Assembly: GCA_964465155.1 (NCBI GenBank)
Contig: CAYXIH010000001.1
Location: 82,609-146,608 of the forward strand
Length of the DNA stretch: 64,000 nt
Direction of reading: 5' to 3'
DNA from: an uncultured Sphaerochaeta sp.
GTDB taxonomy: Bacteria > Spirochaetota > Spirochaetia > Sphaerochaetales > Sphaerochaetaceae
Shown here: positions 17,636 to 25,809 of the stretch, one piece after another
Layout of the letters: every line of letters begins with the position of its first letter
How positions within the stretch are numbered: position 1 is the stretch's first letter
The notes under the pieces: generated by a model
The model's database searches: none
The model's input: the letters and a program-made list of their open reading frames with translations, nothing else
What the model was told of the DNA's origin: nothing
Made by a program: the position numbers and the translations under genes

Positions 17636-18176
17636 GTGTAGTTGACTCCTTAGTCAAAATTGTAATTGTTCAAACAAGTGTTCAAAACAATAGAATACTG
17701 AATATGAAAATCGTCTATTAATGGCTTAAAACATATTACATTATAAAGAATAAATCGGTTATCAACTTTTTTCAAGTACCTACCGTAGTAAAGTAGGTAC
17801 AAAAAACGCTATGCAACAAAATTGATATGCATAAAAAAGGTATATGCGTAGAATATGCAACTAAACTAAGATAAAATATCTTATGAGAAATGTTATATAA
17901 ACGCCTTATAAATACTAGAAAACCCTTCAATAATTGCTTGTAAAGTGTAAAAGAAAGCAGAAAATTATGAAAAAAAATGATTATTTAACAATAAAAACAA
18001 GAAAAATACGGTTTAGTATTAAAACAATATCCAAGCAAGAAACATGCGATAGAAATAAAAAATATGTATATGCAAAAAAATATACAAAACTACGATAGAA
18101 CAAAAATGATATCATGCAAACAGAATTTGTTATGAGAACAAAAGAGGCTATTTAGTAGACATTGTTTTGATGGGAT
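17636..18176. other. ~540-nt non-coding, strongly A+T-rich spacer with repeated motifs
   Basis: The track shows no ORF of 60 aa or more on either strand. Hand counts of four 60-nt lines give 10-15 G+C per 60 nt, against about 28 per 60 in the adjacent integrase gene. It contains TATGCA-type repeats, a TGTTCAAA direct repeat and an 8-bp-stem hairpin. Confidence 0.8.
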
Positions 18177-18206
18177 AAAAAAAGAGCCACATCGCAGGGA
18201 TGTGGC
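18177..18206 (-). terminator. rho-independent terminator downstream of the S41-like gene
   Basis: On the - strand, 8-bp stem GCCACATC/GATGTGGC (18186-18193 / 18199-18206) with a 5-nt loop, followed by a run of 7 U (A-run 18177-18183 on the + strand). It lies 32 nt after the stop codon. Confidence 0.7.
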
Positions 18207-18237
18207 CAAAAGCTGGGAGTTGTGGGAAACTAGGTTG

Positions 18238-19701
18238 CTATTGGTTGTCGTTCACATATTTGAAAGCAGCCATCAGTCGTCCATCTGTTCCTGATTCAAA
18301 TTCTTGTTTGTTGAATGGAATTTCGATAGTTGCTGGGATGCCTTTTCCTTCATAGGAGGTTCCATCCATGGCAAACGTCTGCTTGTAGGGCGTATAGACC
18401 AAGGTAATGTAACTGCCAACGCTGAATTGGCCTGCATTTCCAATATTGTTGTCAGTTTGCAATGAACCTTGTGCACCATGCGTGGTTGATCCGATGGATA
18501 CACCCTTTGGGAGTGTTTGTACGAACATGGCAGTCATCTCTGCATTCGAAATTGAATTGATATTGGTCAGGGCAACCACTGGCTTGTTGAACAAGTGGGA
18601 GGGATGGTAATTTGGTTCGCTTGCATCTGGTTTGTATGGAGGTACTGTCATCGTGAGCATTGGGCTGTAGTCAAGACGGTTGTCTCCAGTTTTTTGGATG
18701 GTCCATCCGAACTGGTAGGTTTCGGAAAGGAGATCGGAGAAGAGCAACTGACGGTCGATATTAAACCCGCCATAGTTGCTTCGGACGTCAAATATCAGGC
18801 CAGTAGTATCGTCACGTTGCTTGTATTGTCCGAACAATTCCAACAATGCCATGATATCGGCTTGTTGCTTTTGCAATGCCTTTGTGAAGTTGAAGGAGGT
18901 GAAACCTAGGTAGATGCAGTTGTCTGGAATCCCAGAGGTATTCCCATTGGTCAATCCAAGCAGAATTGGCATGTAGTCATCTTCTAATTTGGTATCAATG
19001 ATCATCCATTCTTTGAAATATGAGTCAAGTGTAGTCCTGTCGATGGAATCTGGGAGGGTAGCCGTCGCTTTTGTTGTTGCTTTGATATCGTCTGGCAACC
19101 TCTCCTTGAGGTTATCGCTGGACCAGTAAGCTGGCTTGTCTGCCTCTGTTGGGGGTGTGAAATTGAAGATGGTTGTCAGGCGTTGTTTCATATCTTCCAT
19201 GATGAGTTCTTCTGGAAATAGGTTGTAGTAATTATCGAAAGCTTCTTGTGAGGAAAGATGATAATAGCAGTAGTCCATGAGTTGTGTATCGCTCAATTCA
19301 GGGTGATGTTGCCTGATGATCTGGTATTCCCGTGGAGAAAAACTGAAAAATGCTTTCGGTGTTGGCAGCTGCATTGTGAAGTGACCATCGCTGATGTCCT
19401 TCACGCTCTCCATGAGCATGGTGATAGCTGACTTAGTTGCAACTTGATCTGCGTAATCAACTTCACCCAACTGTTCGAATTTGCCGATGTATGCTTCATA
19501 TACCTTGTCCCACTCATTGGTAGGGGAGTCGAGGTTCCAAAAGACATAGTTGTTGTTCATGCCTGTCCAAAACCCCTGGAATACTCCCTTCCAGGTATTG
19601 TCCTTGGCGTAGGATATTGGAGGCTTGGGGGTGTTGAAGTTGCATGAGAACATCAATGTGAGAGAGATAGCAAATATGAGTGTTGTAACAAGCTTTCTCA
19701 T
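18238..19701 (-). CDS. peptidase S41-family-like lipoprotein
   Basis: Signal peptide plus Cys (LTLMFSCNF). S41-type blocks are GLIFDVRSNYGGFN and PVVALTNINSISNAEM. The expected T-F-G-K-G Lys block reads TTHGAQGS. Confidence 0.6.
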   Translation of the reverse strand: MRKLVTTLIFAISLTLMFSCNFNTPKPPISYAKDNTWKGVFQGFWTGMNNNYVFWNLDSPTNEWDKVYEAYIGKFEQLGEVDYADQVATKSAITMLMESVKDISDGHFTMQLPTPKAFFSFSPREYQIIRQHHPELSDTQLMDYCYYHLSSQEAFDNYYNLFPEELIMEDMKQRLTTIFNFTPPTEADKPAYWSSDNLKERLPDDIKATTKATATLPDSIDRTTLDSYFKEWMIIDTKLEDDYMPILLGLTNGNTSGIPDNCIYLGFTSFNFTKALQKQQADIMALLELFGQYKQRDDTTGLIFDVRSNYGGFNIDRQLLFSDLLSETYQFGWTIQKTGDNRLDYSPMLTMTVPPYKPDASEPNYHPSHLFNKPVVALTNINSISNAEMTAMFVQTLPKGVSIGSTTHGAQGSLQTDNNIGNAGQFSVGSYITLVYTPYKQTFAMDGTSYEGKGIPATIEIPFNKQEFESGTDGRLMAAFKYVNDNQ

Positions 19702-20426
19702 TTTCCACCTCCTAGCTTGACAAGGATTCCAGCTTCAACACTAAGCGTGTTGTTGTATCGGCTCACCTGGTCTTTCTGGTAGCTGTTGCTCAGATCGGTA
19801 AGTCCAAGGGAGAACGATCCCCTGAGGTACAGGACCACCGGGTCTATGATGAACAGGAGGCCTGTACGAGCAAGCAGGCCAGCTTCAAAGCGGTTGTCCC
19901 TGGTTGGATTGAACTGAACCATCTCGTCAAATGCATCGAACGTCGGATTGGTGACACCATTTTCGAGGATTTCTCCGTTTCTCATGCGTCCATTCCGGCG
20001 CGACGCCCCCCACAAGCCGACATATCCTCCAACTGAGAACATGCTCTGAACCAATTCGTTGCCAAAGATGAAATTGACGGTCATTGGTATTTCTATGAAG
20101 TGGTTTTGATACTGCTCTATGTCGGTATAGGCAGCTGCTGTTTGCATATAGAGGGAATGGCGCCAGGTATAGTTCTTCTGCACATAGCGCAACCCGCTCT
20201 CCAGTCCTAGCCAGTCGGTAAACTGGTAGGCGACAGGGAGAGAAATGGCAAAGCCATGTCCATTATCGTAGTAGGTGTTCTCACGATAGCCGGTGTTGGT
20301 CTCTATGATGTTGTAGACATAGTCGGCCGAGGCACCGACATACCAGTGGTTGGCATCCAGTGCAAAGGCCGTTTGGGGGACAATGGACAGAAGCATGAGT
20401 GCAAGCAACAGTCTGGTGTGTTTCAT
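19698..20426 (-). CDS. outer-membrane beta-barrel protein (OMP_b-brl-like)
   Basis: Signal peptide MKHTRLLLALMLLSIVPQTAFA, then alternating aromatic/hydrophobic beta-strand pattern with Gly/Tyr-rich segments. Its stop overlaps the S41-like ATG (ATGA at 19698-19701). Confidence 0.6.
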   Translation of the reverse strand: MKHTRLLLALMLLSIVPQTAFALDANHWYVGASADYVYNIIETNTGYRENTYYDNGHGFAISLPVAYQFTDWLGLESGLRYVQKNYTWRHSLYMQTAAAYTDIEQYQNHFIEIPMTVNFIFGNELVQSMFSVGGYVGLWGASRRNGRMRNGEILENGVTNPTFDAFDEMVQFNPTRDNRFEAGLLARTGLLFIIDPVVLYLRGSFSLGLTDLSNSYQKDQVSRYNNTLSVEAGILVKLGGGK

Positions 20427-20472
20427 GGTAACTCCGTATGGTACTATCTTGTAAAGAAATATGCTTATGTAG

Positions 20473-23400
20473 CTACTGGTACTGGCGGCAACCAGGGCCA
20501 GTGATGGTACTCCTTCCTCCTGATCCCTTTACGATATCTATCCGGACGGGGATCCTCTCCTTGAGGGAGTCTACATGGCTGATTACCCCGATAAGCTTGC
20601 CGCTTGACTGCAACGTTGCCAGGGTGTCGAGCGTCATCTCCAACGATTGTGGGTCCAATGTGCCAAATCCTTCGTCAAGGAACAGGGAATCAATCTGCAC
20701 GTTCTGGCTCGACATCTGGGACAAGCCAAGTGCCAATGCCATGGATATGATGAAGCTTTCGCCACCTGAGAGATTTGCAGCTGAACGTTCATCTCCACCT
20801 TGGCAGGCATCAAGGATCACCACATCCAGCTGGCCTGATGAACCACGGGCTAGGAGATAGCGGTCGCTCATGAGGGCCAGCTTTTTGTTGGCATGGGACA
20901 GGAGCATGTCGAACGTGATTCCTTGGGCATACGTGCGGAACTTCTTGCCGTCGCTTGATCCTATCAGGTCGTTGAGGCTTGCCCAAACATCATATCGAGC
21001 CTGCTGTGATTCCATCTTCGACTTGAGTTCCACTTGTTGTTCCTGGTTCTCTGAATCTTGCTTGAGCTGCGAATTGATTTCGCCTTGCTCAGTGAGGATT
21101 TCATCATAGGCGTCTTGCTGTTCCTGCAGGTGTAGTTCCAGTTCCTGTTGTGGCATGTCTGATTGCTTGGGTGCACCTTGTTCCAATTCCTTGGCTTTGG
21201 AATGGAGATCCTGTTGGTGAACCTCAAGCGCCAGCCGCTGGTCGTGAAGTTCCTTCCTCACCAAGGAGTATTGTCGGATCGTATCTTCAGTGAGGAGGAG
21301 GGAATTGAATTCCTGTTCTCCTGCAAGGCCTATCTGCTTCAGGGCTGTATCGAAGTTTTGTTGATGCTGCTCTAACAAGCATTGGTGCTCGAGCAGTGAC
21401 GCTTCATGATCCTTCCTGGCGCGCTTGTTTGCCTCATAGTCAGTATTGGCAGAATCGGCAGATGTTCTGGCTTCTTCCAGTGCCATGTTTGCCGATTCCA
21501 TGGATTGCTGCATCTGCTGTTCTGCCTCATCGCAATCTTCCTCACCAAACAGCTCTTTCCTTGCTGTCTGAATGGAGTTCATGTCAGATGTGCATGCGTG
21601 TGCTTCCTCTGTTGCGTCAGCAAGGTCTTGTTGTACTGTCTGCACCGATGTGTGTTGTGCTTCACAGCGTGTCCGGAGGTTTGCGAGTGTAGCCTCCGAA
21701 GTACTGGTTGTGCTCACGGCTTCTGTCAGCAATGCAGCTAGCGAGTCAATTTGGTCGTTGAGATCCGAATCATCCAGAACAATGCCGTAGAGTGTGAGAT
21801 CGTCATACAATTGACCATGCATCTCATCCGCTTGCTTGGTGAGTGAGGCAGTCTGTTCTGTTGCATGTACGAGAGAAGTGTTGGCACGCAGGAGCTGGTT
21901 GTCCAATTCTTGTATTTTGGTATTGAGTGTCTCTTGTTGGTTGTCGATGCTGTCGAGCTTCTCTCGTGTTTCTGATTGCTGTAAAGAGAGTGCCTTCAGA
22001 GAGGAATGAGCTGTTTCAAGACTTGTTAATTCTTGTTTTGCAAGTTCTTGTTGTGTGATGGTCGTTGCATGGAATGTCTCGATGCTCATGCCTGGTGGCA
22101 GTTGCGACTCCTCAAATTGCTTGATATGTCCTTCGATCTCCGAGATCGTTGCAATACTCCTGCGCAAGGATTCCTTGGATGTGGCCAGTTGCTCCTTTGT
22201 CGAATCTATCTGTGATTGCAGTGCTTCAATTTGCTGGTGTGTCTGAGCTAGTTCATCTTGCTCCTTTCCGTTGGTATAGGAGAGGGGAGCAGGATGTGTC
22301 GTCGAGCCACACAACGGGCAGGGTTCATCCTCCTTCAGGCACGGGATAAACTGGGCGAGTCCGATAGTCTGCTCAAGACGAGTCTTTGATTGCAGGAGGG
22401 ACTGGGTTATTCCTTGCTTGAATTGGAGGTCTTTTTGGAGTTGGTCCATGGTGGCTTGATGGGTATCACGTTGTTGTTGCTCAAGTGTAAGGTTGCCAAT
22501 GTGCTCCTTGATGGAATCGATGGATGCAAGAGTTTCCTGCAGGCGCTGTTGGTGTTGCTGTGCTTCCAAGATACAGGTAGTAATCTCCTTGCCGTGCAGG
22601 ATGCTGGCAATACCTGTTTCTTGTTCTGCGAGCAATTGCAGGGTGTGCTGCAGCTTCTTGTGTTCGAGGTCCAATATTGAGGCTTCTTCTCGCTTGGGCT
22701 TGAGCAATTTGTTTGTGGAGGCAATGGTCTCTTGAAGCTGTTCCTCCGTAGCTTTGGATTGTACAGCTGCTCCCCGTAGGCGTTGCATGTCCATGGCCAG
22801 GTTGTTCAGGCGTGAGGCTTCTTTGAGAAAGCGTGCATGGTGTGGATATTGCTTGAGCAACTCCGCCGCCTGCTTGCTGTCGAAGGTGCATTGCTCGATA
22901 TTGGAGTGTATCAGCGCAATGTCATTGTTGATGGAAGCGACTCTGGTTGAGAGTGTTTCCTGCTTTTTGGTCAATTGAGTCTGCAGTTCTGCTTTGTTCT
23001 TGAGTTCCAGGTCGAGCACACGGACGTTCTTGAGGAGTTTCTGTTGCTCAAGTTGCTTGTCCAAGGCTTGCTTGTGCTCTTGGGTTCTTGTTTGCATCAG
23101 CAGCTTGGCTTGTTGTGAACGCTCTTCCAACGTTGCTTGTTCTTCCTGCAGGGCTGCCCCTTTTGCTACGAGGCTTTCCTGCTGGACGCGCCCCTTGACC
23201 AAGTCGTTGTACGTGCTTGCATACGGGTCGATACGTTCCCATTGCGTGAGTGCCTGCAGTTGTGGTTGGGCTTCAGTCTCTTTGTGTGCAAGGATGCTTG
23301 CATCTGTATCGAGCTGGAGCAATTCGCTGTCGATCTTCTGTCGCTGTTGGTGCCAGGTAATTGCAAAGCGGATGTCTTGCAGCTGGGTCTGTTTGGCCGA

Positions 23401-24096
23401 CGCTTGTTGTGAGAGCTCAAGGGTCCTGTCCTGCAGTTGTTGGCGTTGCTCGTCGGTGAGGAGGTTCAATGAACTACAACGGATCTTGAGGTTGGAAAGG
23501 GCATCGCCTTCAGTCTTGTAGCGCTGATAGACGCTTTTGGATATCTCCGAATAGATCTCAGTACCGGTGATATGTTCTAGCATTGGGGCACGTTCGTCAC
23601 CCTTGCATTGCAGGAACTTGGAGAACTGGCCCTGGGCAAGCATCACGGAACGGAGGAACTGGTCAAACGTCATGCCCGTGATCTCTACGATCTTGCTGGC
23701 GCATTCCTTGATTTTGTCGCAGAGCACTTGATGGGTGTCTTCACATGTGATTCTCCACTTCGCAGCCTGGAGTTTCCCATCTGCTTTGCCCCGTGCACGC
23801 GACTGGGAGTAGGAGCATCTGTACGTACTGCCATGGATCCTGAATGTCAGGTCGCTATAGAAATCGGCAGTTCCCTTGCTCATTACTTCGTTTGAGTTTG
23901 CATTGATCGAGTCGATTCTCGGAGTTTGTCCGTACAGCGCAAGGGAAATGGCATCGAGGATCGTCGTCTTGCCACTTCCTGTCGGGCCACTGATGAGGAA
24001 CAGGCCGCTGTCGAGAAACTGGGGGTTTGAAAAATCTATCTCCCATTGCCCATACAACGAATTGATATTCGAGAACTTCAGCGTCAGCATCCTCAT
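20473..24096 (-). CDS. sbcC: exonuclease SbcC (SMC-like ATPase)
   Basis: N-terminal Walker A FLISGPTGSGKTTILDAISLALYG, very long coiled coil, zinc-hook CPLCGS, and C-terminal signature/Walker B LSGGESFIISMALALGL...LFLDEGFGTLD. Confidence 0.9.
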   Translation of the reverse strand: MRMLTLKFSNINSLYGQWEIDFSNPQFLDSGLFLISGPTGSGKTTILDAISLALYGQTPRIDSINANSNEVMSKGTADFYSDLTFRIHGSTYRCSYSQSRARGKADGKLQAAKWRITCEDTHQVLCDKIKECASKIVEITGMTFDQFLRSVMLAQGQFSKFLQCKGDERAPMLEHITGTEIYSEISKSVYQRYKTEGDALSNLKIRCSSLNLLTDEQRQQLQDRTLELSQQASAKQTQLQDIRFAITWHQQRQKIDSELLQLDTDASILAHKETEAQPQLQALTQWERIDPYASTYNDLVKGRVQQESLVAKGAALQEEQATLEERSQQAKLLMQTRTQEHKQALDKQLEQQKLLKNVRVLDLELKNKAELQTQLTKKQETLSTRVASINNDIALIHSNIEQCTFDSKQAAELLKQYPHHARFLKEASRLNNLAMDMQRLRGAAVQSKATEEQLQETIASTNKLLKPKREEASILDLEHKKLQHTLQLLAEQETGIASILHGKEITTCILEAQQHQQRLQETLASIDSIKEHIGNLTLEQQQRDTHQATMDQLQKDLQFKQGITQSLLQSKTRLEQTIGLAQFIPCLKEDEPCPLCGSTTHPAPLSYTNGKEQDELAQTHQQIEALQSQIDSTKEQLATSKESLRRSIATISEIEGHIKQFEESQLPPGMSIETFHATTITQQELAKQELTSLETAHSSLKALSLQQSETREKLDSIDNQQETLNTKIQELDNQLLRANTSLVHATEQTASLTKQADEMHGQLYDDLTLYGIVLDDSDLNDQIDSLAALLTEAVSTTSTSEATLANLRTRCEAQHTSVQTVQQDLADATEEAHACTSDMNSIQTARKELFGEEDCDEAEQQMQQSMESANMALEEARTSADSANTDYEANKRARKDHEASLLEHQCLLEQHQQNFDTALKQIGLAGEQEFNSLLLTEDTIRQYSLVRKELHDQRLALEVHQQDLHSKAKELEQGAPKQSDMPQQELELHLQEQQDAYDEILTEQGEINSQLKQDSENQEQQVELKSKMESQQARYDVWASLNDLIGSSDGKKFRTYAQGITFDMLLSHANKKLALMSDRYLLARGSSGQLDVVILDACQGGDERSAANLSGGESFIISMALALGLSQMSSQNVQIDSLFLDEGFGTLDPQSLEMTLDTLATLQSSGKLIGVISHVDSLKERIPVRIDIVKGSGGRSTITGPGCRQYQ

Positions 24097-25325
24097 GGCG
24101 TCTCCTCCAATACATCCTGTATGGAGAGCTGCTCCATGGTCTCGTCAAATGCCCCCAGCAGTTGTTCCTGCTGTTGCTGGGAGAGTTGTTCTTCATCAAG
24201 CCTCCGCATGAAAATCTGCCGGGGCGTCATGTCCCGTAGGTCCTCCGAGGCCTCTTGCTGGCGGAGTATCTCGCTGGTCTTCCGTTCGTTGCGCAAGGAG
24301 AGTACTTCAACTTCCACAGGGAGGACTTGTAATATTTCCTGGACACGCTCGCGCAAGTCATTGATGAAATCGTCACCGGTATATGAGATTTCTGCCCAGA
24401 TGCTTCTGCCTTCGATGATATGTTCCTCAGTTGCCTCAGCATGTAGTTGGGCCTCTATGGTAGGAAGGTCTCCTGCTATCCGAACGATATGTCGTTGCTT
24501 TGGGATTGGGAGGAGGGTGACATTGGTATCTCCAGCGGATGTGATGTCGATGATGCATGCCTCTTTTTGCTGATGTGCCTCCGAGAAGCTCATGGGAATC
24601 GGAGACCCACAGTATCTGATATTGGGGTTGCCTCCTACTATCTGTGGGACATGGATATGGCCCAGAGCCACATAGCAGCAATTCGGCAGGGATGCCGGAT
24701 TGACATGGGAGAGGGTACCTACCTCCAAATCCATGCGTTGGTTGTCTTCGCTGGTTGTCGCACCTGCGGTGAAGAGGTGGGCCATCGTGACAAAGGGGAG
24801 ATGGTGTTTCTCCATTTCGAGTGCTGCTTGTGCTATATGCTCTGCTATTGCCTCTGAAATGGCTTGTGAACGTTCTGTAGGAGTCTCAAACCCGCCGCTG
24901 ATCCGTACATCCCGTTCCCTGAGGAACGGGATGGCCAGGATTCCGATCTCCTGAGTCTTGTCAGCGTTGGACAGCACCAGGCACTCATGCTCGGCGTCGG
25001 CTTCTGCCACGACATGGATTTCCATGGTCTCAAGTAGTGGTGCAGTCACTGCAAGGAGGGACGGGCTGTCGTGGTTGCCAGATGTGACGACCACCTGGAC
25101 ACCACCGATCTTGGAGACTTCATGGAGGAAGCTGAAGTAGAGTTTCTGTGCACTGGAGGAAGGGGTAGTGGTGTCATAGATGTCACCACTGACCAGGAGG
25201 ATATCTATATGCTGGTTCCTGACAACATCCAACAGCCACGCAAGGAATGACTCGTGCTCCTCGTGCCTACGACGGCCGTTGAGCTGTTTGCCGAGATGCC
25301 AGTCAGATGTATGCAGTAACCGCAT
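24093..25325 (-). CDS. sbcD: exonuclease SbcD (Mre11-type phosphoesterase)
   Basis: MRLLHTSDWHLGK, LLVSGDIYD and GNHDS calcineurin-like motifs. It overlaps the sbcC start by 4 nt. Confidence 0.9.
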   Translation of the reverse strand: MRLLHTSDWHLGKQLNGRRRHEEHESFLAWLLDVVRNQHIDILLVSGDIYDTTTPSSSAQKLYFSFLHEVSKIGGVQVVVTSGNHDSPSLLAVTAPLLETMEIHVVAEADAEHECLVLSNADKTQEIGILAIPFLRERDVRISGGFETPTERSQAISEAIAEHIAQAALEMEKHHLPFVTMAHLFTAGATTSEDNQRMDLEVGTLSHVNPASLPNCCYVALGHIHVPQIVGGNPNIRYCGSPIPMSFSEAHQQKEACIIDITSAGDTNVTLLPIPKQRHIVRIAGDLPTIEAQLHAEATEEHIIEGRSIWAEISYTGDDFINDLRERVQEILQVLPVEVEVLSLRNERKTSEILRQQEASEDLRDMTPRQIFMRRLDEEQLSQQQQEQLLGAFDETMEQLSIQDVLEETP

Positions 25326-25333
25326 GGTCCTCC

Positions 25334-25807
25334 CTAGTAGTTGAGCTGCTTCAGCTCCCTGCGGGCGTCACGGTTCATGTCACGCTCCTTGATCGCATTG
25401 CGCTTGTCATGCAACTGCTTGCCCCTGCACAAAGATACTTGCACCTTGACGAGGTTTCCCCTCAGATACACCTTGGTCGGGATCAAGGTAAACCCTTTCT
25501 CCTCTACTTTCCTGCGGAACTTCTTGATCTCCTGCTTGTGGGCAAGGAGCCTCCGTTCTTGGTCGCTCTTGTGGTTGAACAGGCCTGCATGCGAGTAGGG
25601 CTGGATGGTGAATGCAACGAGCACCAACCCTTTTGGAGTGACTTTTACATAGCTATCTACAAAACTGAACCGGCTTTCACGGATTGACTTGACCTCTGTG
25701 CCTACCAATGAGATACCGCACTCAAGGTCTTCGATCACTTCATAGTTGAAGTACGCCTTTTTATTTGTTTGGAGGACCTTCACGTCATCCTTTGAAAACT
25801 TTGCCAT
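25334..25807 (-). CDS. smpB: SsrA-binding protein SmpB
   Basis: NKKAYFNYEVIEDLECGISLVGTEVKSIR and the C-terminal basic tail are canonical SmpB. GGGAG lies 5 nt upstream of the ATG at 25807. Confidence 0.95.
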   Translation of the reverse strand: MAKFSKDDVKVLQTNKKAYFNYEVIEDLECGISLVGTEVKSIRESRFSFVDSYVKVTPKGLVLVAFTIQPYSHAGLFNHKSDQERRLLAHKQEIKKFRRKVEEKGFTLIPTKVYLRGNLVKVQVSLCRGKQLHDKRNAIKERDMNRDARRELKQLNY

Positions 25808-25809
25808 TT

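Larger units (their letters stand above)
16220..20472. mobile_element. possible integrase-associated islet (integrase, AT-rich spacer, S41-like lipoprotein, OMP)
   Basis: A tyrosine recombinase sits next to a compositionally aberrant spacer, and the S41-like gene has lower G+C. I could not identify flanking direct repeats (att sites), so the boundaries are unproven. Confidence 0.3.

Noticed and set aside
17767-17806. T6-hairpin-A6 element considered as a bidirectional rho-independent terminator
   Set aside because: The orientation is wrong. On both strands the stem-loop is followed by A-residues and preceded by U-residues, the opposite of an intrinsic terminator.
17967-18098. 43-codon Lys/Ile/Thr-rich small ORF (MKKNDYLTIKTRKIRF...) in the AT-rich spacer
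   Set aside because: Its composition simply mirrors AT-rich DNA, there is no convincing Shine-Dalgarno upstream, and such ORFs arise by chance. It is worth revisiting only if ribosome profiling or conservation supports it.
20473-25325. SbcC/SbcD pair considered as a disguised anti-phage or novel SMC-type defence system
   Set aside because: Both proteins carry the full canonical motif sets (MRLLHTSDWHLGK phosphoesterase, Walker A/B, signature motif, CPLCG zinc hook) and have the usual overlapping sbcD-sbcC organisation. No extra partner genes are present.
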